From an uncultured Prevotellaceae bacterium (GTDB lineage: Bacteria > Bacteroidota > Bacteroidia > Bacteroidales > Bacteroidaceae): a DNA stretch of 64,000 nt. The notes beneath the pieces were generated by a model. It did not search any database. It was not told the DNA's origin and saw only the letters and a list, made by a program, of their open reading frames with translations. The translations under genes were made by a program, and so were the position numbers. The stretch covers positions 1,994-65,993 of the forward strand of contig CADCEW010000001.1 in the NCBI GenBank assembly GCA_902800585.1. Reading direction: 5' to 3'. Shown piece after piece: positions 46,856-55,215 of this stretch (position 1 is the first letter of the stretch; each line of letters starts with the position of its first letter).

Positions 46856-48529
46856 ATGAAGATTATTAAAATTGGTAGTTCGCAATCTTGCGACATCGTA
46901 TTAGACAGTAACTTTGTCAGCAGCCTGCATGCTGAAATGACCATTCTTGACGACGGACAGATAATCCTGGAAGACAAGAACAGTAAGAACGGAACACAAG
47001 TCGGTAATAAGAGAATAGAGCCGGGTAAGGAGGTTTCAATACAACGTGGTGACCGTATTACCTTTGCTGATACTCCTCTGGTATGGGCGAAAGTTCCTGC
47101 TCCAGAGAAATTGGCAGCCTATAAGTCTGTGTATAATATCGGTTCTAATTTCCGTAATGATATTATTTTGAACAGTCAGACAGTTAGCCGTTATCATGCT
47201 TCCCTCAGAGTCGGTAAGGATGGTAAGATGTATATCCATGACAACGGCAGTCGTAATGGCACGATGGTGAATGGTGTAAAGATTGCTGCCAACAAGGATG
47301 TCCGTATCAAGAAGGGTGATAATATTGTCTGTGGTACAGAGGATGTAACGGATCAGGTGACTGCTTTGTTACCCAAGAGCAATACAGGCATGATTGCTGC
47401 TATTGTCGGTGGTGTAGTAGGTCTTCTCGTATTAGCTGGTATCATTTTCGCTCTTTGGCCGAAGTCAGAACCAGAGCCTGTGATTGCTTCTACAAATGAC
47501 TCAACCTATGTAGCTCCATCTACTCCAACAAATGTTTCTCCTGAGAAGTACCGCAACACGGTAGTATATGTGGATGCAATGTATCATTATATTGCTGAGT
47601 TTGAGGATAACCCCATGCCGGATACATGGAACGGAAAGATTGAGGATATCGGTAGAATAGAGGGTGATAATGCAATTAGACCTTATAGTGCAACAGCCTT
47701 CTTCCTCGATAAGAACGGTTATATGGGTACTAACCGTCATGTGGCAGTACCATGGGATTACAGAACTAAGGATGAAGACAACAGAATCCGTGAGTTAATA
47801 GAATATCGCATAGAGTTGATGCGTCGTACCTGTAGGTTTATGAAGACTGGTGATGAGCGCTGGACAGTGAGCGAAAAGAATAGGGATTTCTCTCAACTTA
47901 CTATGCAGAAATTTGCTGAGACAGATTTCTTTAAGGCAATATACAACCACATCCGTAAATCTGCTAATTGGCAGGGTGAGCTGGATAAGATTGTTGATCG
48001 TCTAAATCGTTCCCGTTACACCATCACAGGTGCTATCGATTATATTACGGTAGGTTATGCCGGCAGGAACTATACCCATCGTGATGAGTTCCAGCGTTGC
48101 GATGTTGTAGCAGATTCTAAGGATAAGGAGATTGATGTAGCTTTGTTACAATTGAACGACAAGAAGACTCCCGCAGATGTGGAACTTCTCTTCAGCCCCA
48201 GCAACTTCTATACAGAAAAGTTGGTTCCTTTGAAGGACAAATTGTTTACTATTGGCTATCCAGCAGGTTTGACATGGGGACTTGATACGAAAATCAAGTC
48301 TTTGGAACCCAATATCAAGGAGACCAAGTGTAGTAAGGAGCCAAGCAAGTATGTCTTTGAGTTCCAGGATCAGTCAATAGGCGGTAGCAGTGGCTCGCCA
48401 GTCTTTAACGAGGCAGGTCAGTTGGTTGGTATCCTCAGTTCCGGTACCTCTAATGTGGCAGGTGGCTTCACGATGGCTGTACAGTCTAAGTATCTGAAGA
48501 AAATCTATGATGAAGAAGCAGGACAGTAA
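46856..48529 (+). CDS. Tandem FHA domains, TM, then trypsin-like (S1) serine protease
   Basis: Two FHA repeats (VSSLH/SKNGT; VSRYH/SRNGT); TM; triad TNRH (H295), IDVALL (D427), GSSGSP (S512). Confidence 0.88.
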   Translation: MKIIKIGSSQSCDIVLDSNFVSSLHAEMTILDDGQIILEDKNSKNGTQVGNKRIEPGKEVSIQRGDRITFADTPLVWAKVPAPEKLAAYKSVYNIGSNFRNDIILNSQTVSRYHASLRVGKDGKMYIHDNGSRNGTMVNGVKIAANKDVRIKKGDNIVCGTEDVTDQVTALLPKSNTGMIAAIVGGVVGLLVLAGIIFALWPKSEPEPVIASTNDSTYVAPSTPTNVSPEKYRNTVVYVDAMYHYIAEFEDNPMPDTWNGKIEDIGRIEGDNAIRPYSATAFFLDKNGYMGTNRHVAVPWDYRTKDEDNRIRELIEYRIELMRRTCRFMKTGDERWTVSEKNRDFSQLTMQKFAETDFFKAIYNHIRKSANWQGELDKIVDRLNRSRYTITGAIDYITVGYAGRNYTHRDEFQRCDVVADSKDKEIDVALLQLNDKKTPADVELLFSPSNFYTEKLVPLKDKLFTIGYPAGLTWGLDTKIKSLEPNIKETKCSKEPSKYVFEFQDQSIGGSSGSPVFNEAGQLVGILSSGTSNVAGGFTMAVQSKYLKKIYDEEAGQ

Positions 48530-49866
48530 TGAGGATTAAGAAAAGTCTTATAGTAATACTGATGTGCCTTGCCCTACCTTTAGTGGGGCAGGCACAATCT
48601 GCCCATTGGGCTATTCAGCCCACCTATCAGTCAATGACCCGTTTTGCCCCTCGTCTTTTTAAGGTGAAGACCTATGTCAGTACGGGAATCCTTGACGTGG
48701 ATGATAAATGGGTGGTATCCCCTTCACTGGACTCTATTACTTATGTAACTAATGGCTATGCTCTTGGTTTATTGAGGAGCAAGGATAAATACCGTATTAT
48801 CCATGTCATTAGACAGAACGGTACCCATGAGCCGGTTAAGGAAGAATTGTATGCCGGTGATTTTGCCTATTTCTCAGATGACAGATGCCCTGTTATGAAC
48901 AAGAAAGGCAAGTATGGTTTTATGGATCCTGCAGGAAAATTAGTCGTTTCTTGTTCTTATACAGCAGTTACTCCTTTCCGAAATGGGAGTGCTTTCGTTA
49001 CAAAAGGAAAAGGAGGGTTTTCTGGAAAAAATGCCATTTCCGAGATAGATAATAACGGTAAAGTGATTAAGACTGTTGGCAATAATGACTTCAGGATTCC
49101 CGCGCAGGAGATTGCTATTCCATACAAACCAACTCCAGATCCATCTTATCAGCGGTATGATGAGAATAAATTATATGGATATAAGATAGGAAGTGAAGTG
49201 CTCTTGCCTGCTCAGTTTGAGGAAGCAGAGAATATCTCTGATGATTGCGCTATTGTGATGGTTGATCATTTATATGGAGTGATTAAGGTTAATAGTGCAA
49301 CCATAGACTGTAACGTCAGTGAGTCTGGTGGAAAATTGAAGGCAGATGCCGAAATCCCTTCTGTCTGGGATAATAAGGTGGCAATGATTGTCCGTACGGT
49401 TAATGGTGCATCCCGTAAAGAATTTGAAATGCAAGGAACAGAAACACAACGCACGCTTAACACAAGTGTTTCTAATGAAAGTGGCAAAAAGGTCTATGAC
49501 CTTGCTTGTGACAAACTGATTCTTTGGCGTAGTTCCATAAAAACAGATTCTCCTTCAAAAGGTGGTGGCGGGAAAGCATCATCTAAAGGAGGTGTCTCTG
49601 TCAGTACATCTCCTTCTGTAAAAGCAAATGCGAAAGGTGTATGTTCCGTTTCTATACGTGTTGTCAATAATACAGGTTCTTCGAATACATTTAACATCTC
49701 TCTTAGTACAGGACAGAAGAGTTCTATAAAACTTGCGGCAGGAAAGTCGGGATCCGTCACAGTAAATGTTCCTGTGAAGAAGGATACAAAATGTACGATT
49801 ACCGCCCGCGGAGGTGGCTTCTCGAGTTCTTGTACAACGACATTGAAGCCGTCTTTTGTATTATAA
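48529..49866 (+). CDS. Exported WG-repeat protein with a C-terminal Ig-like beta domain
   Basis: Signal peptide; KYGFMDPAGKLVV, LYGYK...LLPAQFE and LYGVIK repeats. Confidence 0.75.
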   Translation: MRIKKSLIVILMCLALPLVGQAQSAHWAIQPTYQSMTRFAPRLFKVKTYVSTGILDVDDKWVVSPSLDSITYVTNGYALGLLRSKDKYRIIHVIRQNGTHEPVKEELYAGDFAYFSDDRCPVMNKKGKYGFMDPAGKLVVSCSYTAVTPFRNGSAFVTKGKGGFSGKNAISEIDNNGKVIKTVGNNDFRIPAQEIAIPYKPTPDPSYQRYDENKLYGYKIGSEVLLPAQFEEAENISDDCAIVMVDHLYGVIKVNSATIDCNVSESGGKLKADAEIPSVWDNKVAMIVRTVNGASRKEFEMQGTETQRTLNTSVSNESGKKVYDLACDKLILWRSSIKTDSPSKGGGGKASSKGGVSVSTSPSVKANAKGVCSVSIRVVNNTGSSNTFNISLSTGQKSSIKLAAGKSGSVTVNVPVKKDTKCTITARGGGFSSSCTTTLKPSFVL

Positions 49867-49880
49867 TAAAGTATATACTG

Positions 49881-50870
49881 ATGAAAAAGAAAAAGTATCT
49901 CTTCTTGTTATCATTGATGACTGTTGTCATGGGACATGCTCAGGTCTATGACAAACTGATTCTGACGGATGGTAGCATGGTGGAAGGACGCATTGCCGTT
50001 CAGCATCCAGGCAAGGATATTGTTTTCCAGAGTGTTGATCAGGAAATCAGTTATCCCATGGAGGATATACTGGCGATAGAGCGTGTCAAGCGACAGGCTG
50101 ATGACCTTTCCGGTATTGATGACATAATAGAGACAAGGAATGGAAAAGTATTTAAAGGACAGATTGTCAAGCAACTTCTTGGCAAGTCTGTCTATCTGTT
50201 CCAGGACAATGGTGTTACCCAGATAATCAATAATGCTGAAATTGCCTGTCATAGGAAAGAGAAGTTTAATCAGGAACAAAATATCTTTGAACAGGCCCCT
50301 TTCTTGGATGTAGTGGTAACTGATGATAATACTTATCAAGGTATCATAGTCTTACAGAACTATGGTTCAGAAGATGAGGCGAGTTACCTGTGTATTCAGG
50401 ATGAGCAAGGACAACAGCATAAGGTTGACATAGCAGACATCACAGCATTGCGTCGGGAATCGAATAGTCAATATGCTCCTGTTACGGTATTCCGTGCTGG
50501 AGAGGGTGAGGTTTATTTCAACAGGAATCTTACGGCATATACTATATATACAACAGGTAAGGACGGCTCTCTGAGAATCAAGCGTGACATTCTGTTGCAG
50601 TGTCCTGCCATTACGGATACTCGTTTGATTGTTGAGGCTCAGGATAATGAGTCAAATCGTCATGGAATCCTTGTTCGCAGTTCCGTTCAAGGTGAAGGGA
50701 AGAAAGAAGCATTGGTCTTTAGTTATCAAGATATGCTGACCGCACCTGTTTCTCCTGTGCAGACAAAAGTCATTAGTGGTACACTACGTAGGGAGTATGT
50801 AACAGAACCAGGCTTCTATATATATTATGTTCCTCAGACTCAGAGAGCTTATGTCTGTGAAGTAAAATGA
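49881..50870 (+). CDS. Exported hypothetical protein with three short beta-barrel (Sm-like) repeats
   Basis: Signal peptide from ATG 49881; repeats DKLILTDGSMVEGRI, DIIETRNGKVFKGQI and DVVVTDDNTYQGII. Confidence 0.65.
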   Translation: MKKKKYLFLLSLMTVVMGHAQVYDKLILTDGSMVEGRIAVQHPGKDIVFQSVDQEISYPMEDILAIERVKRQADDLSGIDDIIETRNGKVFKGQIVKQLLGKSVYLFQDNGVTQIINNAEIACHRKEKFNQEQNIFEQAPFLDVVVTDDNTYQGIIVLQNYGSEDEASYLCIQDEQGQQHKVDIADITALRRESNSQYAPVTVFRAGEGEVYFNRNLTAYTIYTTGKDGSLRIKRDILLQCPAITDTRLIVEAQDNESNRHGILVRSSVQGEGKKEALVFSYQDMLTAPVSPVQTKVISGTLRREYVTEPGFYIYYVPQTQRAYVCEVK

Positions 50871-50889
50871 TAGGTAGTTGAGTGTTGTG

Positions 50890-51558
50890 ATGGAAATTGA
50901 ACCAATTGCTTTTTTCCATTCTCCCTTTACCTCGAAATTTGGCATACCACGACAGAGTGGTATTGTGAAAGAATTGAGAGGAACGATTGTTTTTACGGAG
51001 AAGTATGCCGAGAGAGAAGCTCTGCGTGGAATAGAATCATACGACTATCTATGGCTGATATGGGGATTCTCAGAGAATGAGGAGGCGGAGAAACATGCTA
51101 CAGTACGTCCTCCATTATTGGGCGGGAATGAAAGAATGGGTTTGTGGGCGACCCGCTCTCCCTTCCGTCCTAATAACCTTGGACTCTCTTCCGTACGTAT
51201 TCTTGCTGTTAATCTTGAGGTACCCAGTATTGAAGTTGCAGGTGCTGACCTGATGGATGGGACACCCATATATGATTTAAAGCCCTATCTCTCATATGCT
51301 GATAGCCATCCTGATGCTCAGGGTGGCTTTACTGATAATCATCAGTGGACACGATTGGAAGTGAGGATACCGAACACTTTCCGTTCCCAGTATTCTATAG
51401 ATGATTGGCGTGTGATAGAGGAAGTCCTTTCCCTTGACCCCCGTCCCCATTATCATGAGGATTCTTGTCGGGAATATGGTATGCCATTTGCTGGCAAAGA
51501 TATTATCTTCAAAGTATCGGATGGAGTGTTGACAGTGGAGAGGATTGTCAAGTTGTGA
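50890..51558 (+). CDS. tsaA: tRNA m6t6A37 methyltransferase TrmO/TsaA
   Basis: KFGIPRQSG, VRPP, ATRSPFRPN and DLMDGTPIYDLKPY motifs. Confidence 0.93.
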   Translation: MEIEPIAFFHSPFTSKFGIPRQSGIVKELRGTIVFTEKYAEREALRGIESYDYLWLIWGFSENEEAEKHATVRPPLLGGNERMGLWATRSPFRPNNLGLSSVRILAVNLEVPSIEVAGADLMDGTPIYDLKPYLSYADSHPDAQGGFTDNHQWTRLEVRIPNTFRSQYSIDDWRVIEEVLSLDPRPHYHEDSCREYGMPFAGKDIIFKVSDGVLTVERIVKL

Positions 51559-51587
51559 TAAATTTTAGACAAAAAGAAAAGAAAAAG

Positions 51588-51619
51588 TTTGGTGTGTTAA
51601 AGAAATATCCATATATTTG
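51588..51619 (+). promoter_or_regulatory. Sigma-A promoter
   Basis: TTTG 51588-51591, 20 nt, TATATTTG 51612-51619. Confidence 0.75.
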
Positions 51620-51648
51620 CAGTCATGATATGAAGATGGGGAAAGAAT

Positions 51649-52434
51649 ATGTGGTTTACAATTGTTCTTATATTAGCGATAGCACTGATAGCCAGTTTGT
51701 GTTATGTGTGTGTGCTCAAAAGTCGTGTTAACAGTTTTCGGAAGGCTGACCGTATCAAGCAGACCTTCATGACGAATGTTAATCATGAGATTCGTGTACC
51801 GTTGGAGGCTCTTACCGGGCTTGCCAACATCATTTCAAATGAGAAAGTCTATCTTTCGAAAAATGAGAAACAGAATATCTCAGACCAGATAAACTATAAT
51901 GCCAATCTGATGGAAACACTTCTTGATGAAGTGATGATGTTTGCTGGGAATGAGAAAGAGGGGCATCAGTTGCATGACGAGTCTTTTAGCCCCAATGTTT
52001 TATGTCTGAGATGCTTGGAAGCCAACATGTATAGTCTTTATCGTCGTGAGGCTGTCAAATTGAGTTTTAAGCGTGAATTGAGTGATGAGTTCTTTATGAA
52101 GAGTGACCACCATTTGGTGGAATTGATACTGAATAAACTGATACTGAATGCTTGTCGCTTTACGGAACATGGTGAGGTGTTGGTTGGATGTAATACTAGA
52201 GAATATGCCGATCGCATAACTTTTTTTGTAGAAGATACAGGGGGCGGTATCCCTGAGAATCGTCTTAACAATTTATTCACATGGTTTGATAATCCGGAAG
52301 ATATGAATGATGAGGTGGAACTCGACTTGGCTGTCTGTCAGCGGGTGGCTCAGAAACTGGGTGGTATGCTTGTAAGGGATGAGCACTATCAGCGTCAGGG
52401 TACTCGTATGCTTCTGGTGCTTCCACTTAAATAA
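51649..52434 (+). CDS. Orphan minimal histidine kinase (single TM, HisKA, HATPase_c)
   Basis: NHEIRVPL H-box, NACRFT N-box, DTGGGI G1; G2 degenerate (ELDL). Confidence 0.82.
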   Translation: MWFTIVLILAIALIASLCYVCVLKSRVNSFRKADRIKQTFMTNVNHEIRVPLEALTGLANIISNEKVYLSKNEKQNISDQINYNANLMETLLDEVMMFAGNEKEGHQLHDESFSPNVLCLRCLEANMYSLYRREAVKLSFKRELSDEFFMKSDHHLVELILNKLILNACRFTEHGEVLVGCNTREYADRITFFVEDTGGGIPENRLNNLFTWFDNPEDMNDEVELDLAVCQRVAQKLGGMLVRDEHYQRQGTRMLLVLPLK

Positions 52435-53794
52435 CAGATGTTTCTTCTGTCTTGTCCAGTCGTCCGCGCCAAAGGTATTTGCGTGTCTCATGGACAATGA
52501 TACCGCTGAGTGCCAATAGTGATATCAAGTTTGGTATCGCCATGAGCGCATTCATACAGTCGGCAATATTCCAGACAACACCTAAATTCATGACACTGCC
52601 TAAGAAGACAGCGATGATATAGATAATGCGATAGCCTAATACCCATTTTCTTCCTTTCAGGTATTCTATGGCACGCTCCCCATAGTAGCACCATCCTAAG
52701 ATGGTGGAAAAAGCAAAGGTAAGTAGTCCGAAAGTGAGGAGGGGAGTACCAACCACTGGAATCTTAGAAAAGGCGACCTTTGTCAATACAGCTCCATTGT
52801 CGAAAGTAATATCAGGATAGGCAAGCACACTGCTGACAATGACGATGCCTGTCATGGCACAGATGATGACAGTGTCCCAGAAAGTACCACTACTGGACAC
52901 CAATGCCTGACGGACGGGATTGCGAGTTTGAGCAGCAGCTGCTACAATGGGGGCTGATCCAAGTCCGGATTCATTACTGAAGAGACCACGGGCAATACCA
53001 AAACGTGCAGCCATCATAACCGTCGTTCCTACAAAACCACCGCCTGCTGCCTGTGGACTGAAGGCGGAAACAATAATGAGTTTGATGGCAGGCAGTACGT
53101 ATGCAATGTTGACACTTATTATATATATACACCCCAACACATAGAACAATGCCATGAAAGGTACCAGTAAAGAGCAGACACGGGCAATGCTCTTGACACC
53201 TCCCAATACTACCGCACCAGTCATGAAACAGACAAAAGCACCTGTGATAAAAGGCGATATCTGATAAGTCTCATGGGTGAGTGTGGCTATCGCATTCGCC
53301 TGAACTGTGTTGCCGATACCAAAGGCGGCACAGGCGGTAAAGATGGCAAAGAGGATGGCAAGCCATTTCCATCCCAGTCCGTATTCCAAAGCAAACATCG
53401 GTCCGCCGATGATTTTCCCGTCATTCTTTTTCTTTCTGTATTTAATGGCAAGCAAACCTTCTGCATATTTTGTAGAGATGCCGAAGACACCAGTCAGCCA
53501 ACACCATAACACTGCACCAGGACCGCCTAAGGCAATGGCAGTCGCTACTCCAATGATATTACCTGTTCCAATGGTAGCGGCAAGGGCTGTGGCAAGAGAG
53601 GCAAATTGAGACACATCACCTGTTGCCTCATGATCTCGTTTGATGGAGAGACGGATAGCCTTGAAGATATGACGTTGTGGAAAACGAAGGATAATAGTCA
53701 GATAGATATGTGTGCCAAGTAACAGGATAATCATCGGCCATCCCCATAAGAGATTGCTGAGGTCTGAGAAGAATTGGTTAAGTCCGTCTATCAT
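52427..53794 (-). CDS. Alanine/glycine:cation symporter (AGCS)
   Basis: LAATIGTGNI, GGPGA, GGPM, RGLFSNESGLGS and FAFSTILGW motifs. Confidence 0.93.
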   Translation of the reverse strand: MIDGLNQFFSDLSNLLWGWPMIILLLGTHIYLTIILRFPQRHIFKAIRLSIKRDHEATGDVSQFASLATALAATIGTGNIIGVATAIALGGPGAVLWCWLTGVFGISTKYAEGLLAIKYRKKKNDGKIIGGPMFALEYGLGWKWLAILFAIFTACAAFGIGNTVQANAIATLTHETYQISPFITGAFVCFMTGAVVLGGVKSIARVCSLLVPFMALFYVLGCIYIISVNIAYVLPAIKLIIVSAFSPQAAGGGFVGTTVMMAARFGIARGLFSNESGLGSAPIVAAAAQTRNPVRQALVSSSGTFWDTVIICAMTGIVIVSSVLAYPDITFDNGAVLTKVAFSKIPVVGTPLLTFGLLTFAFSTILGWCYYGERAIEYLKGRKWVLGYRIIYIIAVFLGSVMNLGVVWNIADCMNALMAIPNLISLLALSGIIVHETRKYLWRGRLDKTEETSVI

Positions 53795-53800
53795 AGGTAA

Positions 53801-54406
53801 CTATTTGTATTGAATCTTGACCTGTTTGAATCCCATACTCTGAAGTACCTGACGTACTTGTGCATCACCATTTTGTTTTGCGATTTGCAGGTTCTGAGAG
53901 GTCATTCCGCGTTGTAGCATCTTGTGATAGGCCCTTTGAAGCATCGACTCACGGTCTTTGGGACTCCATGTGCCACTTTCATAGAAACTTCTGGTTCGTG
54001 CCTCGTCAATGAAATCACGGTCAAGAAGATCTATCTGGGGTAGGGTGATATCTATGGTATCTCCTCTTGCCACAATCCATCCAGGTTCAACCTGTTTGAG
54101 ATTAACGCCCAGTCGTAATGTTCCATAGTAAATCCTTGCTAATCGGTCATTGGAGAAGATTCCGAGACGGATAGTGTCTACCAATTCCTCATCACTGATG
54201 GATAAGAACTCCCATTCTCCGATTTCTTTAATGCTTTTTATTTGTTCAGGTGTGATGTCTATCTGCTGGTCTGCACCGAATTCAATATGACCGTCTCTAA
54301 TGTCCCAGTATATCCATCCTACGATACAAAGTAATAGTATGATGCCTATGGCAAGCACCAGCAGACCCATGGGAAAGGATAATATGTTCTTCTTATTTCT
54401 TGCCAT
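53801..54406 (-). CDS. DUF4230-domain protein
   Basis: N-terminal TM; YYGTLRLGV and ITLPQ motifs; start taken at MARNKK. Confidence 0.75.
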   Translation of the reverse strand: MARNKKNILSFPMGLLVLAIGIILLLCIVGWIYWDIRDGHIEFGADQQIDITPEQIKSIKEIGEWEFLSISDEELVDTIRLGIFSNDRLARIYYGTLRLGVNLKQVEPGWIVARGDTIDITLPQIDLLDRDFIDEARTRSFYESGTWSPKDRESMLQRAYHKMLQRGMTSQNLQIAKQNGDAQVRQVLQSMGFKQVKIQYK

Positions 54407-55070
54407 GTTCAATGTCCATATTAACAAGTGATTTGATGTCTTGTATTCCGTACTCTTTACGGAACTGAATGACGATATCCTGCTCCTGATATCCCATCTG
54501 AGTAATCAGAGGAACTAAGACACGGGCAGCATTTTCCTGTGCAGTAGATATGATTCCTAATTGAGGAATACTTGCAATAATAGCAGCACGTCCCTGTTGC
54601 TCATAGTCTGCCATTTCTGCATCTGTGAAATGCGAACGGACTAATCCTACATATTCCTTAATTCCTTTTTGATCTATCTTTGAACTTGTCAGTGTGACTT
54701 GAGGGTCAGGCAGGGTAATGATGATTTTCTGACCATCGCGTTCAACATTCTTTTCTGAGAAGTCACTCATATCAATAAAGGCTTTAAGAGTAGCATCCAT
54801 GGGGATGGCGATTTTCCGGTCACCCAACGGCATCTTGATATTGAAATCCTGTGCAAGAATGGTTCCTTTCAAACGTATGACGTCATCATGAGTGACAATC
54901 TTATGGATTTTGACCTCTGTGGTATAAATCCGGGAACATTTCTGTACCTGCATGACGAATGAGTGGAAGGCATCGTCCGAGGATGCAGTATCTCCCTTCG
55001 TCTCATGATGTTGGTTGCATGCACAACAGCAACAGAGAATAAAGGTTATAATAGATATATATCTTGCCAT
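54393..55070 (-). CDS. DUF4230-domain protein (possible lipoprotein)
   Basis: Cys-rich signal; ATLKAFIDMS, ITLPDP and AQENAARVLVPL motifs. Confidence 0.78.
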   Translation of the reverse strand: MARYISIITFILCCCCACNQHHETKGDTASSDDAFHSFVMQVQKCSRIYTTEVKIHKIVTHDDVIRLKGTILAQDFNIKMPLGDRKIAIPMDATLKAFIDMSDFSEKNVERDGQKIIITLPDPQVTLTSSKIDQKGIKEYVGLVRSHFTDAEMADYEQQGRAAIIASIPQLGIISTAQENAARVLVPLITQMGYQEQDIVIQFRKEYGIQDIKSLVNMDIEHGKK

Positions 55071-55215
55071 TTAGTCTTTTATTTGTTGACAAAGATAGTT
55101 ATTTTTCAAGAAAAAAGTGACATTTTTTCTTTCTATATTATACTTTTTAATTGTTTTTGCGTAAATTATTAGTTAAAGGCTTAACAATATGTGATTTTAT
55201 TCGTACCTTCGCACC

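Noticed and set aside
41407-50870. Type VI secretion regulatory locus or mycobacterial-type cell-division cluster
   Set aside because: No TssB/C, ClpV, VgrG, Hcp, rodA or pbpA genes in the window; only the kinase/PP2C/FHA logic is shared.
53801-55070. Tandem DUF4230 pair as a novel system
   Set aside because: Such pairs are a common arrangement in Bacteroidales to my knowledge; nothing unusual in sequence or context.
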